A stretch of 64,000 bases of DNA from Octopus sinensis (GCF_006345805.1 NC_043022.1:11036001-11100000); one strand, 5' to 3'; positions 25,905 to 37,880 are shown, counted from the stretch's first letter. Numbers and translations: made by a program. The notes: generated by a model from the sequence alone, not told the origin.

Positions 25905-26110
25905 CTCTTTTTACTCTTTTACTTGTTTCAGTCGTTTGACTGCGTCCATGCTGGAGCACCGCCTTTAGTCGAACAAATCGACCCCGGGACTTATTCTTTG
26001 TAAGCCCAGTACTTATTCTATCGCTCTCTTTTGCCGAACTGCTATATAACGGCGACGTAAACACACCAGCATCGGTTGTCAAGCAATGCTAGGGGGACAG
26101 ACACAGACAC
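25905..26110 (-). mobile_element. SINE family B, 3' part
   Basis: Tail GGCGGTGCTCCAGCATGGACGCAGTCAAACGACTGAAACAAGTAAAAG. Confidence 0.75.
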
Positions 26111-26343
26111 ACAAACATACACACACACACACACACCACACACACACACATATATATATATATTAGTAATTTGTGGTAAATCAGTTTACCTTTGCCCATA
26201 TAATACAGTAAATGAATTGATTGTATCACAATCCTTAACATTTATGTATTAACTTTGTTGGGTACTTCACTAGCAGTATATTGGATATATGTTATCCCAT
26301 GGAGGGTTGCATTTACAACCCCTATCTCAATTTGTATATGTAT

Positions 26344-26419
<76 letters not shown>

Positions 26420-26420
<1 letters not shown>

Positions 26421-26581
26421 GACCGGCTTCTATCAGTTTCCGACTACCAAATCCACTCACAAGGCTTTGGTCGGCCCGAGACTATTGTAGAAGACACTTG
26501 CCCTAGATGCCACGCAGTGGGACTGAACCCAGAACCATGTGGTTGGTAAGCAAGCTACTTACCACACAGCCACTCCTGCGC
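26420..26581 (-). mobile_element. SINE family B, 5' part
   Basis: GCAGGAGTGGCTGTGTGGTAAGTAGCTTGCTTACCAACCACATGGTTCTGGGTTCAGTCCCACTGCGTGGCATCTAGGGCAAGTG. Confidence 0.85.
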
Positions 26582-28105
26582 ATATTGTTGTTCAGTTTTT
26601 TCGAACAACTGGTCTACAATATCATCGAAATAGACTGACGTACTTTTACGCTGTGCGCGTGTGTCTGTGTGTCTATACGCATACTCACTCACAGACATTC
26701 ATATATGCATACATGTGTGTGTATGTATGTGTGTGTGTGTGTGTGTGTGTGTGACTGCACATACATATATAGCTACTAATGTGTCGGCAACTCTTTAGGC
26801 TTGTTGTGTCTGCACAGATGCAATATTTACTACTCATGTATCAGTGTTGCGCTGCACACAAAAGGCGTTCCAAATTATACTCCTTAGAAAATACCTTTTA
26901 AAGTAATGCTAAAAAATTAAATCTGAGCTGAATATTGTAATGAATATGGAGTGACACACATTTTATCAGATGACGCAACTAGCATACATAAAAATATACA
27001 TATATATACATATATATAAATAGATGTGTGTATTTTTTCCTTGTTAAGAATTAACACGGAAAAAATATATAAATAGTTACCAGGGTAGCAAAAATTCACA
27101 CAAGTAGAAAGGTTGTAACTCCTTGTTTTCAAAGGTAGAAACTTCGGGTTTACGTGAAATATTTTGTATAATATATATAAATAAATAAATGAAGTTATAT
27201 ACTTGGCATTTATTTAGATTTTCTTTCCTTTATCCCTCTTCTTTCTATGGGCAACATTTGACGTTATATCCTATAACGTTTTTTGAAACAAGCTTAATAG
27301 CGTTCAGTTAATCTCTATACATATCCATCATTTTCTGTTAAAATTTCTTATTGACAAGTTCCATTTCTTCATTTCCCTGAACAGAAGATTACATTGTTTC
27401 ACACCATTTTTATTCCTTTGGAATAATACTAGTGATATCTTCGAAACATGTGTCGGAAGTAAAACACTTTGAATAACACTTGCGTTTAACTCCATTTACT
27501 TATGGAGTTATGTACATATATGTACTTACACAGAATAACACACATATACATTTATATACACGTGCATCTCTGTCTCCTTGTCTGTCTGTCTATCTATCTC
27601 TCCAAAAAGGTTTCAAGACGTAATGAAAACTTTAGGAAAATAAAAATAAGGAATAAGTGGAAATTTAATCGGTGAGTGTGTTAAATTATGAGACAGAAAA
27701 AGAAAACGACTCTCTCCAGATACCAAACAGAATATGCTTCAACACACGAACTCACATAAAGAATCTTGCAAACCAAATCCCAAAACGAAATATATTTATA
27801 TATATATTTATAAATAAATAAATATATATATCATTATATATGCATTTATAAATATATATTTATATATACATTTATAAATATGTATCTATATATACATTAT
27901 AAATATATATCTATATATACAGTTATAAATATATATCTATATATATTTATAAATATATATTTATATATACGTTTATAAATATATATTTATATATCTATTA
28001 TGAATATACCTTTATATATATATATATATATTTATATATGTATTTATAAATATATACTTATATATGTATTTATAAATATATATTTATATATATATATCTT
28101 TGTAT

Positions 28106-28173
<68 letters not shown>

Positions 28174-28274
28174 GTGTGTGTGTGTGTGTATATATGGGTG
28201 AAAAGGAACACACGAGTTGATATATATGAAAAAACAAGTCAAAATAGAAAATGCTAAAATAATTTTATAAAGAA

Positions 28275-28322
28275 CATTCCAGTACCGGTTTCGGTCATTT
28301 TGAGACCTTTTCAACTGTAACG
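28275..28322 (-). ncRNA. Minimal type I hammerhead ribozyme (U3-A8 core variant)
   Basis: CGTTACAG-TTGAAAA-GGTC tcaaaat GACC-GAAA-C CG G-TA-CTGGAATG; palindromic stem III ACCGGT; GUA cleavage triplet. Confidence 0.75.
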
Positions 28323-28659
28323 ATTAAATAATTAAATTTAGAAAAATTAAAAGAAAAGTTTTTTCAAAGGAATATTTGTATAGTGTTCAAATATAAGTGG
28401 CATTCTGCCTTTCTCTGTCTCCCTTGTTTGCACTTGTGTGTTCGAGGCCGTTGTGAATTCTTGGTAGGGTAGAAGAAGAAGAAGGTTGATGAGGAGAGGG
28501 GGTGGAAAAATTTGGGAGTGCCTTGATGGTCGTATTTTGAATGGTCAGTGGCGGCTAGCAGTTGCAGTTCAATTCAGGAGAATATTTCTATTGAAAGGTT
28601 TGTTTATGGAATTTGCATAGGTGTTATACTAAAAAGCATTAGTGATAAAGTTAAGAGGT

Positions 28660-28728
28660 AGAAGGTGGAGAAGAAGAAGAAGAAGAAGAAGAAGATGAAG
28701 AAGAAGAAGAAGAAGAAGATGACGATGT

Positions 28729-28762
<34 letters not shown>

Positions 28763-28850
28763 GGAGAAGGAGAAGAAGAAGATGATGATGATGGTGATGA
28801 TGATGACGACGATGATGATGATAACGATGATGATGAAGAAGAAGAAAAAA
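28660..28850. repeat. (GAA)n/(GAT)n trinucleotide array inside the PLE tail (mirrored at ~31225-31430)
   Basis: Present in both arms with different GAA tract lengths. Confidence 0.95.
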
Positions 28851-29007
28851 GAGAAGGGAAAATATGAATGGGTGAAAGTAGTGAGGTGTTGTATGACTTG
28901 AAGTTGGCACGTTATGGATTATAGCTGTGATTGGGGCTGATTTGTAATGGATTCTTTGGAATGTAATATTTGTGTGTGTATTTCTTTTATTCTAAAGTTG
29001 AGGTATA

Positions 29008-29600
29008 TTAATCGTTTGTCGTAGACCCGTTAAGAAGTGGCCTGTATTTTGTAATAAAGAGAGTTTCTTTACTTATTCGTTGTCTCGAGGTTGTATCGTC
29101 CCTAAATTGGTAGAGGGGGAAAATCCTGAAGCCTGGTGTTTTGTTGTTGGCGCAAGTATCTATGTGTTGGCTGAAAGCTATTTTTCTGTTTTGGGGAATT
29201 TTTATCTGGGATCTGTGCAGGGCCATTCTTTTACGCAAACTATCTTTTGTTTGGCCTATGTACTGCTCTTGACACCCGGAGCAGGTTAGTGAGTATATTA
29301 GGTTCTCCGAAGCACATGTGAAATTGCTTTTCACTGTAAACCGTTGTCCCTGTTTGAAGGAGAACTCTGATCCCTCAATTAGATAATCGCATATCCCGCA
29401 ATTGGGTCTTCCACATTTTTTTACTGTCGGCTTCTGTGTTGAAGAGTGTATTCGGGCTTGTGTTAGGAGACTTTTCATAGATTTAGGCTGTCTCTTGCTT
29501 TTTATGATCGTGTGTGTTTGGAGGATTGTGTTCATTCTGTGGTCTTTTTTTAGGAGGGGTATGTTGTGGAGGATGGTGCCGAAGGCTTCATTATCGAGAG
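29008..29600 (-). CDS. PLE linker + GIY-YIG endonuclease
   Basis: CGRPNCGICDYL…SENLIYSLTCSGCQEQYIGQT…RKRMALHR…RISKE. Joined to the RT by a frameshift near 29605. Confidence 0.9.
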
Positions 29601-30812
29601 GGTTGTGTATGGTAAGGCTTTTGGTCGTAAGTTTTTCTTTGATTTGGGATGTCTCAGTTCCTTGATGTTAAGTTGAAGGGCACGTTGAATGCACATGTCA
29701 ATAAGTGAAGGTGGGTAGTTCCTGGTGATAAGGGTATCTTTTAGTTCTTGTAGTCGTGTGTCTCTGGTGTTTGCATTAGAGACTATAGTGCATATCCTTT
29801 TTGCTAGATTGAAGGGGATATTCATCCTGGTGTGTCTGGGGTAGCATGAATTGAATGGAAGATATTGCTTAGAATCTGTAGGCTTATAATATATGTCTGT
29901 TTCTATTACATTATTAGCTTTCTTAATGAGGATATCGAGGAAGGGGAGTTGTTGCTGGCTATATTCCATCGTGAATTGGATGTTTACGTCCAGTCCGTTT
30001 AAAATTTCTTGGAATTCTATGAGTTTTTCTATATTTTTATGCCAAAGAATGAAACAGTCATCTAGATATCTCTTCCAGTTGTTTTCTATGTAGATGGAGA
30101 AAGGGCTGCCATATCTTTCTAGAACCTTACGATACAGACTGATCTCTAGATATCCTATGACTAGGTTGGCAAAGGAGGGGGCCATTCGTGTACCCATCGC
30201 AGTCCCCGATTTTTGTCGGTAGAAGTTGTCTTTGAAGGCGAAGAAGTTATTTTCCAGGATGAATTTAACCCCTTCTATCACGAATTCTTTTTTGATGCGA
30301 TGTGGTAGTTCGTTGGCGTGATTCTCTAGCCAGAATTGGATTGCCTCTAGTCCTAGGTTGTGGGGGATATTGGAATAGAGGTTGACTACATCGAAGGATA
30401 CCAGTATGGTGTTTTTGTTTATAGTATTCGGTAGGTGATTGAGCATATCCAAGTCGTCCCTTATATAGCTTTTGACATGTTTGAGGAGTGGTTTTAACAG
30501 GGTGTCTAAAAAGTTACTGAGGCGGTGGGTTTCGCATGCGGGACCTGCTATTATGGGTCTCAATTTGAGGTCTTTAGGATTAGGGACTTTAATTATTTTG
30601 TCTGTAGCTATCTTGCATGCGTTGCTTATTTTCTCACTTTTGTGTATCTTAGGTATACCGTAGAATTGGCTGGTTTTACTTGTGAAATTGGTCATATAAT
30701 CATATTCTTTGTCGGTGAGCCCTTCTTTGTATGAGTTTAACATGGATTTTAGTTCCCTCATTATTTTTTGTTGACTGTAGTTTTGTGCCTTTTCATAGTA
30801 TGTTGTGTCAAG
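29550..30812 (-). CDS. PLE reverse transcriptase (N-terminally truncated)
   Basis: FYGIPKIHK, LRPII, DVVNLYSNIP, GTAMGTRMAPSFANL, RYLDDCF, LPFLD, YYKPT. Confidence 0.93.
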   Translation of the reverse strand, partial: LDTTYYEKAQNYSQQKIMRELKSMLNSYKEGLTDKEYDYMTNFTSKTSQFYGIPKIHKSEKISNACKIATDKIIKVPNPKDLKLRPIIAGPACETHRLSNFLDTLLKPLLKHVKSYIRDDLDMLNHLPNTINKNTILVSFDVVNLYSNIPHNLGLEAIQFWLENHANELPHRIKKEFVIEGVKFILENNFFAFKDNFYRQKSGTAMGTRMAPSFANLVIGYLEISLYRKVLERYGSPFSIYIENNWKRYLDDCFILWHKNIEKLIEFQEILNGLDVNIQFTMEYSQQQLPFLDILIKKANNVIETDIYYKPTDSKQYLPFNSCYPRHTRMNIPFNLAKRICTIVSNANTRDTRLQELKDTLITRNYPPSLIDMCIQRALQLNIKELRHPKSKKNLRPKALPYTTLSIMKPSAPSSTTYPS

Positions 30813-31314
30813 CATACATAGGCCAAACAAAAAATAGTTTGGGTAAAAGAATGGCCCTGCACAGATCCCAGATAAAAATTCCCCAAAACAGAAAAATAGC
30901 TTTCAGCCAACACATAGATACTTGCGCCAACAGCAAAACACCAGGCTTCAGGATTTTCCCCCTCTACCAATTTAGGGACGATACAACCTCGAGACAACGA
31001 ATAAGTAAAGAAACTCTCTTTATTACAAAATACAGGCCACTTCTTAACGGGTCTACGACAAACGATTAATATACCTCAACTTTAGAATAAAAGAAATACA
31101 CACACAAATATTACATTCCAAAGAATCCATTACAAATCAGCCCCAATCACAGCTATAATCCATAACGTGCCAACTTCAAGTCATACAACACCTCACTACT
31201 TTCACCCATTCATATTTTCCCTTCTCTTTTTTCTTCTTCTTCATCATCATCGTTATCATCATCATCGTCGTCATCATCATCACCATCATCATCATCTTCT
31301 TCTTCTCCTTCTCC

Positions 31315-31348
<34 letters not shown>

Positions 31349-31875
31349 ACATCGTCATCTTCTTCTTCTTCTTCTTCTTCTTCTTCTTCTTCATCTTCTT
31401 CTTCTTCTTCTTCTTCTTCTTCTTCTCCACCTTCTACCTCTTAACTTTATCACTAATGCTTTTTAGTATAACACCTACGCAAATTCCATAAACAAACCTT
31501 TCAATAGAAATATTCTCCTGAATTGAACTGCAACTGCTAGCCGCCACTGACCATTCAAAATACGACCATCAAGGCACTCCCAAATTTTTCCACCCCCTCT
31601 CCTCATCAACCTTCTTCTTCTTCTACCCTACCAAGAATTCACAATGGCCTCGAACACAGAAGTGCAAACAAGGGAGACAGAGAAAGGCAGAATGCCACTT
31701 ATATTTGAACACTATACAAATATTCCTTTAAAAAAACTTTTCTTTTCATTTTTCTAAATTTAATTATTTAATCGTTACAGTTGAAAAGGTCTCAAAATGA
31801 CGGAACCGGTACTGAAATGTTCTTTATAAAATTATTTTAGCATTTTCTATTTTGACTTGTTTTTTCATATATATA
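30805..31875 (+). repeat. Inverted copy of the PLE 3' end (pseudo-LTR arm), with a damaged hammerhead at 31773-31819
   Basis: Reverse complement of ~28221-29275 with scattered substitutions. The GAAA core reads GGAA. Confidence 0.92.
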
Positions 31876-31904
31876 TATATCCTTCATCGAAGACCGGTGC
31901 TTAC

Positions 31905-31949
31905 CATGCGTTGACGAGAGGCAATTACCTTGAAACTATAGTCCGTATG
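31905..31949 (+). ncRNA. Type I hammerhead ribozyme, copy 1
   Basis: CATGCG-TTGACGA-GAGG caatta CCTT-GAAA-C TATA G-TC-CGTATG; predicted cleavage after 31943. Confidence 0.8.
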
Positions 31950-32257
31950 TAGTACTCGGGTCTTCGAGGGAGGATGACCTCCCTTTGCAAGTAACACAAG
32001 GACACTGAGATAGTGTCTAAAGTCCTTCTGGTGACGTTGATCGCCTGGGGCTAAAAGCATCAGCAACATCCCCCCCAGTGGCTAGCCACATTCAGATGGT
32101 TGATACCCCTTACGTTGTCGAGCGGTTACTGTTTATATCTCGTTCAGAGATTTATTATTGTTTTCAGACAGTTTTTCTACATCAGTGACAGTGGTTACTG
32201 TGAAAAACATTATATATTACTTGCGAGAGGACTCCTTCATCGAAGACCGGAGCTTAC

Positions 32258-32302
32258 CATGCGTTGACGAGAGGCAATTACCTTGAAACTATAGTCCGTA
32301 TG
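32258..32302 (+). ncRNA. Type I hammerhead ribozyme, copy 2
   Basis: Identical to copy 1; predicted cleavage after 32296. Confidence 0.8.
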
Positions 32303-32467
32303 TAGTACTCGGGTCTTCGAGGGAGGATGACCTCCCTTTGCAAGTAACACAAGGACACTGAGATAGTGTCTAAAGTCCTTCTGGTGACGTTGATCGCCTG
32401 GGGCTAAAAGCATCAGTAACATCCCCCCCAGTGGCTAGCCACATTCAGATGGCTGATACCCCTTACG

Positions 32468-32529
<62 letters not shown>

Positions 32530-32545
32530 TTATATATTTATATAT

Positions 32546-32799
32546 CACCATGACCGACCAGGCTAGCAGATGTTGCTACACATCGCTGGTCACAGTGTGC
32601 TTCGCATTGTGTTAAGCGAGCAGGCCAACAGAAGAAAGAGTGAGAGAAAGCTGTGGCGAAAGAGTACAGCAGGGATCGCCACCACCCCTGCCGGAGCCTT
32701 GTGGAGCCTTAGGCGTTTTCGCTCAATAAACACTCACAACGCCTGGTCTGGGAATCGAAACCGCGAGTCCGCTGCCCTAATCACTGGGCCATTGCGCCT
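32546..32799 (-). mobile_element. tRNA-derived SINE (family C), with internal deletions
   Basis: Collinear with 6041-6342. Confidence 0.85.
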
Positions 32800-32834
32800 C
32801 CATATTTATATATATTTATATATTTATTCCAAAA

Positions 32835-33168
32835 GGATGGCTCCCTTACAGATAGTCCAACCAGCAAAGTCATGGAACGGATAGTGAGAGGGAAACTAAT
32901 CGCATTCCTTGAAGAAAATAACTTGCTGAGTGATACCCAGCATGGATTTCGACCAGGTAGGAGCTGCCTGACCCAGCTCTTACAACAATAAGAGTGGGTG
33001 TTGAAGCAGTAACTCAACAAATCAAATATACCTTGAGTTTGCTAAAATTTTTTCATAAGGTGGATCATGGTATGATATGCCATAACTGGAAAACTTGGGG
33101 AGTGGCTACATGACTTTTTGAAAGATAGAAATCAGGCAGTTGTGGCTAATGGAGTCACTTCTATGAAA
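32835..33168 (+). mobile_element. Old CR1/L2-type RT fragment
   Basis: KVMERIVRGKLIAFLEENNLLSDTQHGFRPGRSCLTQLL, with stops. Confidence 0.75.
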
Positions 33169-33328
33169 ACACAAACATATATATATCTTTATGCATTTAT
33201 GTATATGTATATTTACATATATATATATATATATATATATTTACATATATATATGTATGTATATTTACATATATATATATATATGTATATTTACATATAT
33301 ATATATATATATATATTTACATATATAT

Positions 33329-33374
<46 letters not shown>

Positions 33375-33395
33375 TTACATATATATATATATCTA

Positions 33396-33439
<44 letters not shown>

Positions 33440-33610
33440 CATATATATATATATGTATATTTACATATATATATATGTATATTTACACACACACACATAT
33501 ATATAATATATATATATATATAATATATATATATATATAATATATAATATATATATTTACATATATACATATATATATATATATGTATATTTACATATAT
33601 ATATATATAT

Positions 33611-35460
33611 GTCTGCAAAAAAACACAGAGTCATTGGTTCTACTGTTGGCCTCTGACTGATGAAAATGGTACTCTTCAAGACAATGCCAAAACCATGGGA
33701 GAGATATTGCAGAAACAATATTGCTCTGTTTTCAGCAATCCTGATATGACTGATCTGGGCTGTATCAGTGATGTTACTCCCCAATACACTTTATCGGACA
33801 TAACCTTTGGCGCTCCTGATGTCTTAGCAGCAATAAAGGAAATGAAGCATAATTCAGCAGTAGGTCCCGATAGGTTCCCTGCTTGTGTCTTGAAGATGTG
33901 TCAAAACCAACTTGCACCCCCTCTAGCCAATCTGTGGCGGAACTCACTGGATGCTGGATATATACCAGAAGATCTTCTATCCTAGTCTGTTGTCCCAGTT
34001 TTCAAAAAAGGAAACAAATCGCTTGCCGTGAATTACCGTCCAATCTCACTCACCTCTCATAAGGTATTTGAGAGAGTGCTGAGATCGCGTATGACTCACT
34101 TCCTTGAGAGTCATAATATGCTGAACTCCAACCAGCATGGATTCCGTAATGGGAGAGATTGCCTGACGCAGCTACTGCATCATTTTGATGACATTTTGAG
34201 AGACTTGGGAAAGGGTTCCAACACTGATGTCATCTACCTTGATTTCAGCAAGGCCTTTGACAGGGTTGATCATAAGATCCTTCTGAGAAAGCTGTCCAAT
34301 ATTGGTGTCACTGGAAAGCTGCTGCAGTGGATCAAGTGCTTCCTCTCTAACAGAACCCAACATGTTGTAGTCGAAGGAGTCAAATCCAGCCCAGCCAAAG
34401 TCAGCAGTGGTGTTCCACAAGGCACTGTGTTGGGCCCACTTCTCTTCATCATCTACATAAATGATATTACTGACACCATCAAACACAGTAACATCAGAAC
34501 CTTCGCTGATGATTCCAAGCTCCAGAAGGTCATCAATGGCATGGATGACCGAATACACCTTCAGTCAGACCTACTGGCTGTTGTCCAATGGGCGGAAAAG
34601 AATAACATGTTGCTAAACGAAGACAAATTCGAACTGATCCACTTTGGGAGGGAGAACGCTCTGAAACTCCCATACTCCCTTCCTTCTGGAGAAATTCTCA
34701 TGGCGTCCAACAACATCAGAGACTTGGGAGTAACAGTGGACAACAACATGAGCTGGGCTACACATATAAGCAGCAAAGTTGACATGGCCCGCAGAATGTG
34801 TTCCTGGATTCTCAGAACCTTCCAGTCGAGAGATTCCCACACTATTATCCTTCTCTTCTCCACTTTTGCTCGACCCCACCTTGAATACTGCTGTCCACTG
34901 TGGTCTCCCTACACAAAACAAAATATTATGAGAATTGAAGCTTCCCAAAGGTCAATCACAAAAAAGATAGATGGCATGTCAGACCTTGACTACTGGGGTA
35001 GACTAGAGAAGCTGAAACTGTATTCACTCCAATGACGCCGTGAACGCTACATTATCTGTATGATGTGGAAAATATTCCATCAGCACTGTCCGAATGATGT
35101 TGGCATCACCTTCAAAATACATCCAAGGCTTGGACCACGTGCCATCCGTCCACAACAAAAATCTAAATCACATCACATAACGACAATACGACACAACTAT
35201 TTCAACTCAATTGGATCCGCTCTCTTCAACATTACACCAGGACACGTCAAAAAAGAAACTGACCACAAAAATTCAAGAAGTCTTTGGACAAATTCCTTCA
35301 AACCACCCAAACCCGGATATGTCTCCGCAAACAATAACTCTCTGCTCGAATGGACCTCGGTGCCCAAATCCTGAATTGAAAGACTTCGCCAGGTGGTGCT
35401 ATTAAGTTAGACATGGCCTGGGCCAATACTGGCCAAAACCTTTCTAAGTTATTCTAAGTT
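33611..35460 (+). mobile_element. CR1-like LINE, 5'-truncated; RT pseudogene with premature stops at ~33983 and ~35033
   Basis: NYRPISLTS, QHGFR, YLDFSKAFD, SGVPQGTVLGPLLF, FADD, RPHLEYC. 3' tail with a stem-loop and TCTAAGTT x2. Same TATTTACATATA minisatellite on both sides. Confidence 0.92.
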
Positions 35461-35730
35461 ACATATATATATATGTATATTTACATATATATATATATAT
35501 ATATATATGTATATTTACATATATATATATATATGCATATTTACATATATATATATATGCATATTTACATATATATATATGCATATTTACATATATATGT
35601 ATATATATATGCATATTTACATATATATATATATGCATATTTACACACATATATATATGCATATTTACATATATATATATATATATGCATATTTACATAT
35701 ATATATATATATATTATATATATGCATATT

Positions 35731-35764
<34 letters not shown>

Positions 35765-35841
35765 TATTTACATATATATATATATTATATATATATGCAT
35801 ATTTACATATATATATATGTATATTTACATATATATATAAT

Positions 35842-36135
35842 CCTTAAATCCTTAAAAATGTTTTAGCCCGAAGGCCGCGGCCATGCTGGGGCACCACCGC
35901 TGAATGAGCTACACTAATTTGTGAATCCACCTCTGATACGTGGCACTTGATCAACAAGGGAGTTCGATGCTGCTGCCCGCATCCGCGTCTCCTGTCGTGA
36001 GGTAGGCTCATCTGGGACTCCCGACAAGAAGAGATCTAGTTTAGTTTTAAAGAAACCCACATCCACACCATGTAAGTCTCTCAGGCATTTAGGGAGGATG
36101 TTAAAGAGCTGTGGTCCTCTGAAACCCAAGCTGTT
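35842..36135 (-). mobile_element. 3' end of a second CR1-like LINE family (also at ~51560-51900)
   Basis: [41 protein letters not shown]; tail GGTGGTGCCCCAGCATGGCCGC…(AAGGATTT)2. Confidence 0.85.
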
Positions 36136-36139
36136 GCAT

Positions 36140-36211
36140 ATATATATATATGTATATATATATATATGATATATATATATATATATAGATATATATATAT
36201 ATATATATAAT

Positions 36212-36250
<39 letters not shown>

Positions 36251-36452
36251 ATTTACATATATATATATATGTATATTTACATATATATATATATATATGT
36301 ATATTTACATATATATATATATATATATGTATATTTACAATATATATATATATATATGTATATTTATATATATATATATATATGTCTATTTACATATATA
36401 TTATATATATATATGTATATCTACATATATATATCTATATATGTATATTTAC

Positions 36453-36488
<36 letters not shown>

Positions 36489-36654
36489 GTATATTTACAT
36501 ATATATATATTTACATATATATATATAATATATTATATATGTATATTTTACATAATATAGATATATTTACATATATATATATATATACGTATATTACATA
36601 TATATATATGTATATTTACATATTATATATATGTTTACATATATATATGTATAT

Positions 36655-36706
<52 letters not shown>

Positions 36707-36906
36707 TAATATATATATATATATTATATATTATATTTACATTATATATATATATATATATATATTTACATATATATATATATATATATATGTATATTTA
36801 CATATATATATATATATATATAATATATATATATATATATTATATATATATATATATATGTATATTTACATATATATATATGTATATTTACATATATATA
36901 TATATT

Positions 36907-36939
<33 letters not shown>

Positions 36940-36970
36940 ATATATATTTTACATAATATATATGTATATT

Positions 36971-37003
<33 letters not shown>

Positions 37004-37025
37004 TATATATAATATATATATATAC
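36140..37025. repeat. Long (TA)n-derived array
   Basis: Direct inspection. Confidence 0.95.
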
Positions 37026-37109
37026 TCAAAATTTTTCTGAGACAGTATTGACGATATCGTTCCAATTGCCTTCCATGCCTACGGTAAACGACTCATGCCT
37101 CACTTCCAT

Positions 37110-37800
37110 ATAGCAAAGATGGGAGGACGCGTGTGTTATATACCCTAACGTTAATTTGTGAAGATATATTATGTTGTTTCTGCAGACGCCTACCAAAATC
37201 ACTACTAGCCCTGCCTGATACTGTATGAAATTTCGTCATCATGACCAGCCGTGTTCAAGGTACTTCCTAAATAAATAAATCTAGACACTGTCTCCAACCA
37301 TTGACCATTCACAGTTATAAAAGGTTCCACATACATCTAGGAGGGAGCAAGCTGTTACATTATAACAGTTTTTTTTAGATTGATCGTGAGACCCAATGCT
37401 GCACATACTGCAGAAATGGCAACCACCATGTGCTGTATATCTTTCTGGGAATGTGCCAACAGGTCACATTCAACTACATACAGGAACTCAATGAGTTGAG
37501 AATGCAGAACTTTCGTTTTGGCTCAGAGTCTTTTGAGATTGAACAGTTTTCCTGTTGTGCTATATCTTATATAGATCCCTTCAGGGCAATCTTCAAAAGC
37601 TATTTGAAAGACTATTGCAAAATATATAGCAAACAGTATAGGAGCAGGAATATCAGGAATATCTTGCTTTATACCATTTTCTGCAGAAATTGGATCTGAT
37701 AAGGTACCTCCAACATTAACTCTCGCTCCCGTCTTGTCATGAATTTGTCTTAAACTCTTCAAGGATTTTTACACAATCATATAAACCTCAGAACTTATTT
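37110..37800 (-). mobile_element. Degenerate RTE (BovB-like) RT fragment
   Basis: GIKQ…APILFAIYF…GIYIRYSTTGKLFNLKRL…LGLTINLKKTVIM…FIYLGSTL. Confidence 0.8.
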
Positions 37801-37880
37801 CACTGTAGCCCTTTTTGTCTCAGCACTAATTTACAAGAAAAAGAAGTGTCAGAGCATGAACACAACACGAGTAAACACAC

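Larger units (their letters stand above)
28197..30812 (-). mobile_element. Penelope-like element (Neptune-type), 5'-truncated
   Basis: PLE RT, Cys linker CGRPNCGIC, GIY-YIG endonuclease, ~800-nt 3' tail with hammerhead. Flanked by (TA)/(TG) microsatellite. Confidence 0.92.
31881..32469 (+). mobile_element. Candidate retrozyme: 353-nt unit present as ~1.67 tandem copies (236-bp direct repeats 31881-32116 and 32234-32469)
   Basis: Three mismatches between the repeats; one hammerhead per repeat; no retroelement ORF; flanked by (TA)n on both sides. Confidence 0.8.

Noticed and set aside
28629-28910. Poly-His/Leu and poly-Lys/Met ORFs (mirrored at 31167-31466)
   Set aside because: Products of the GAA/GAT array in the PLE tail; no coding signature.
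31980-32060. Possible twister or HDV ribozyme in the retrozyme unit (TAACAC…GTG)
   Set aside because: The conserved L4/pseudoknot or L3/J4-2 elements are missing; only simple hairpins are supported.
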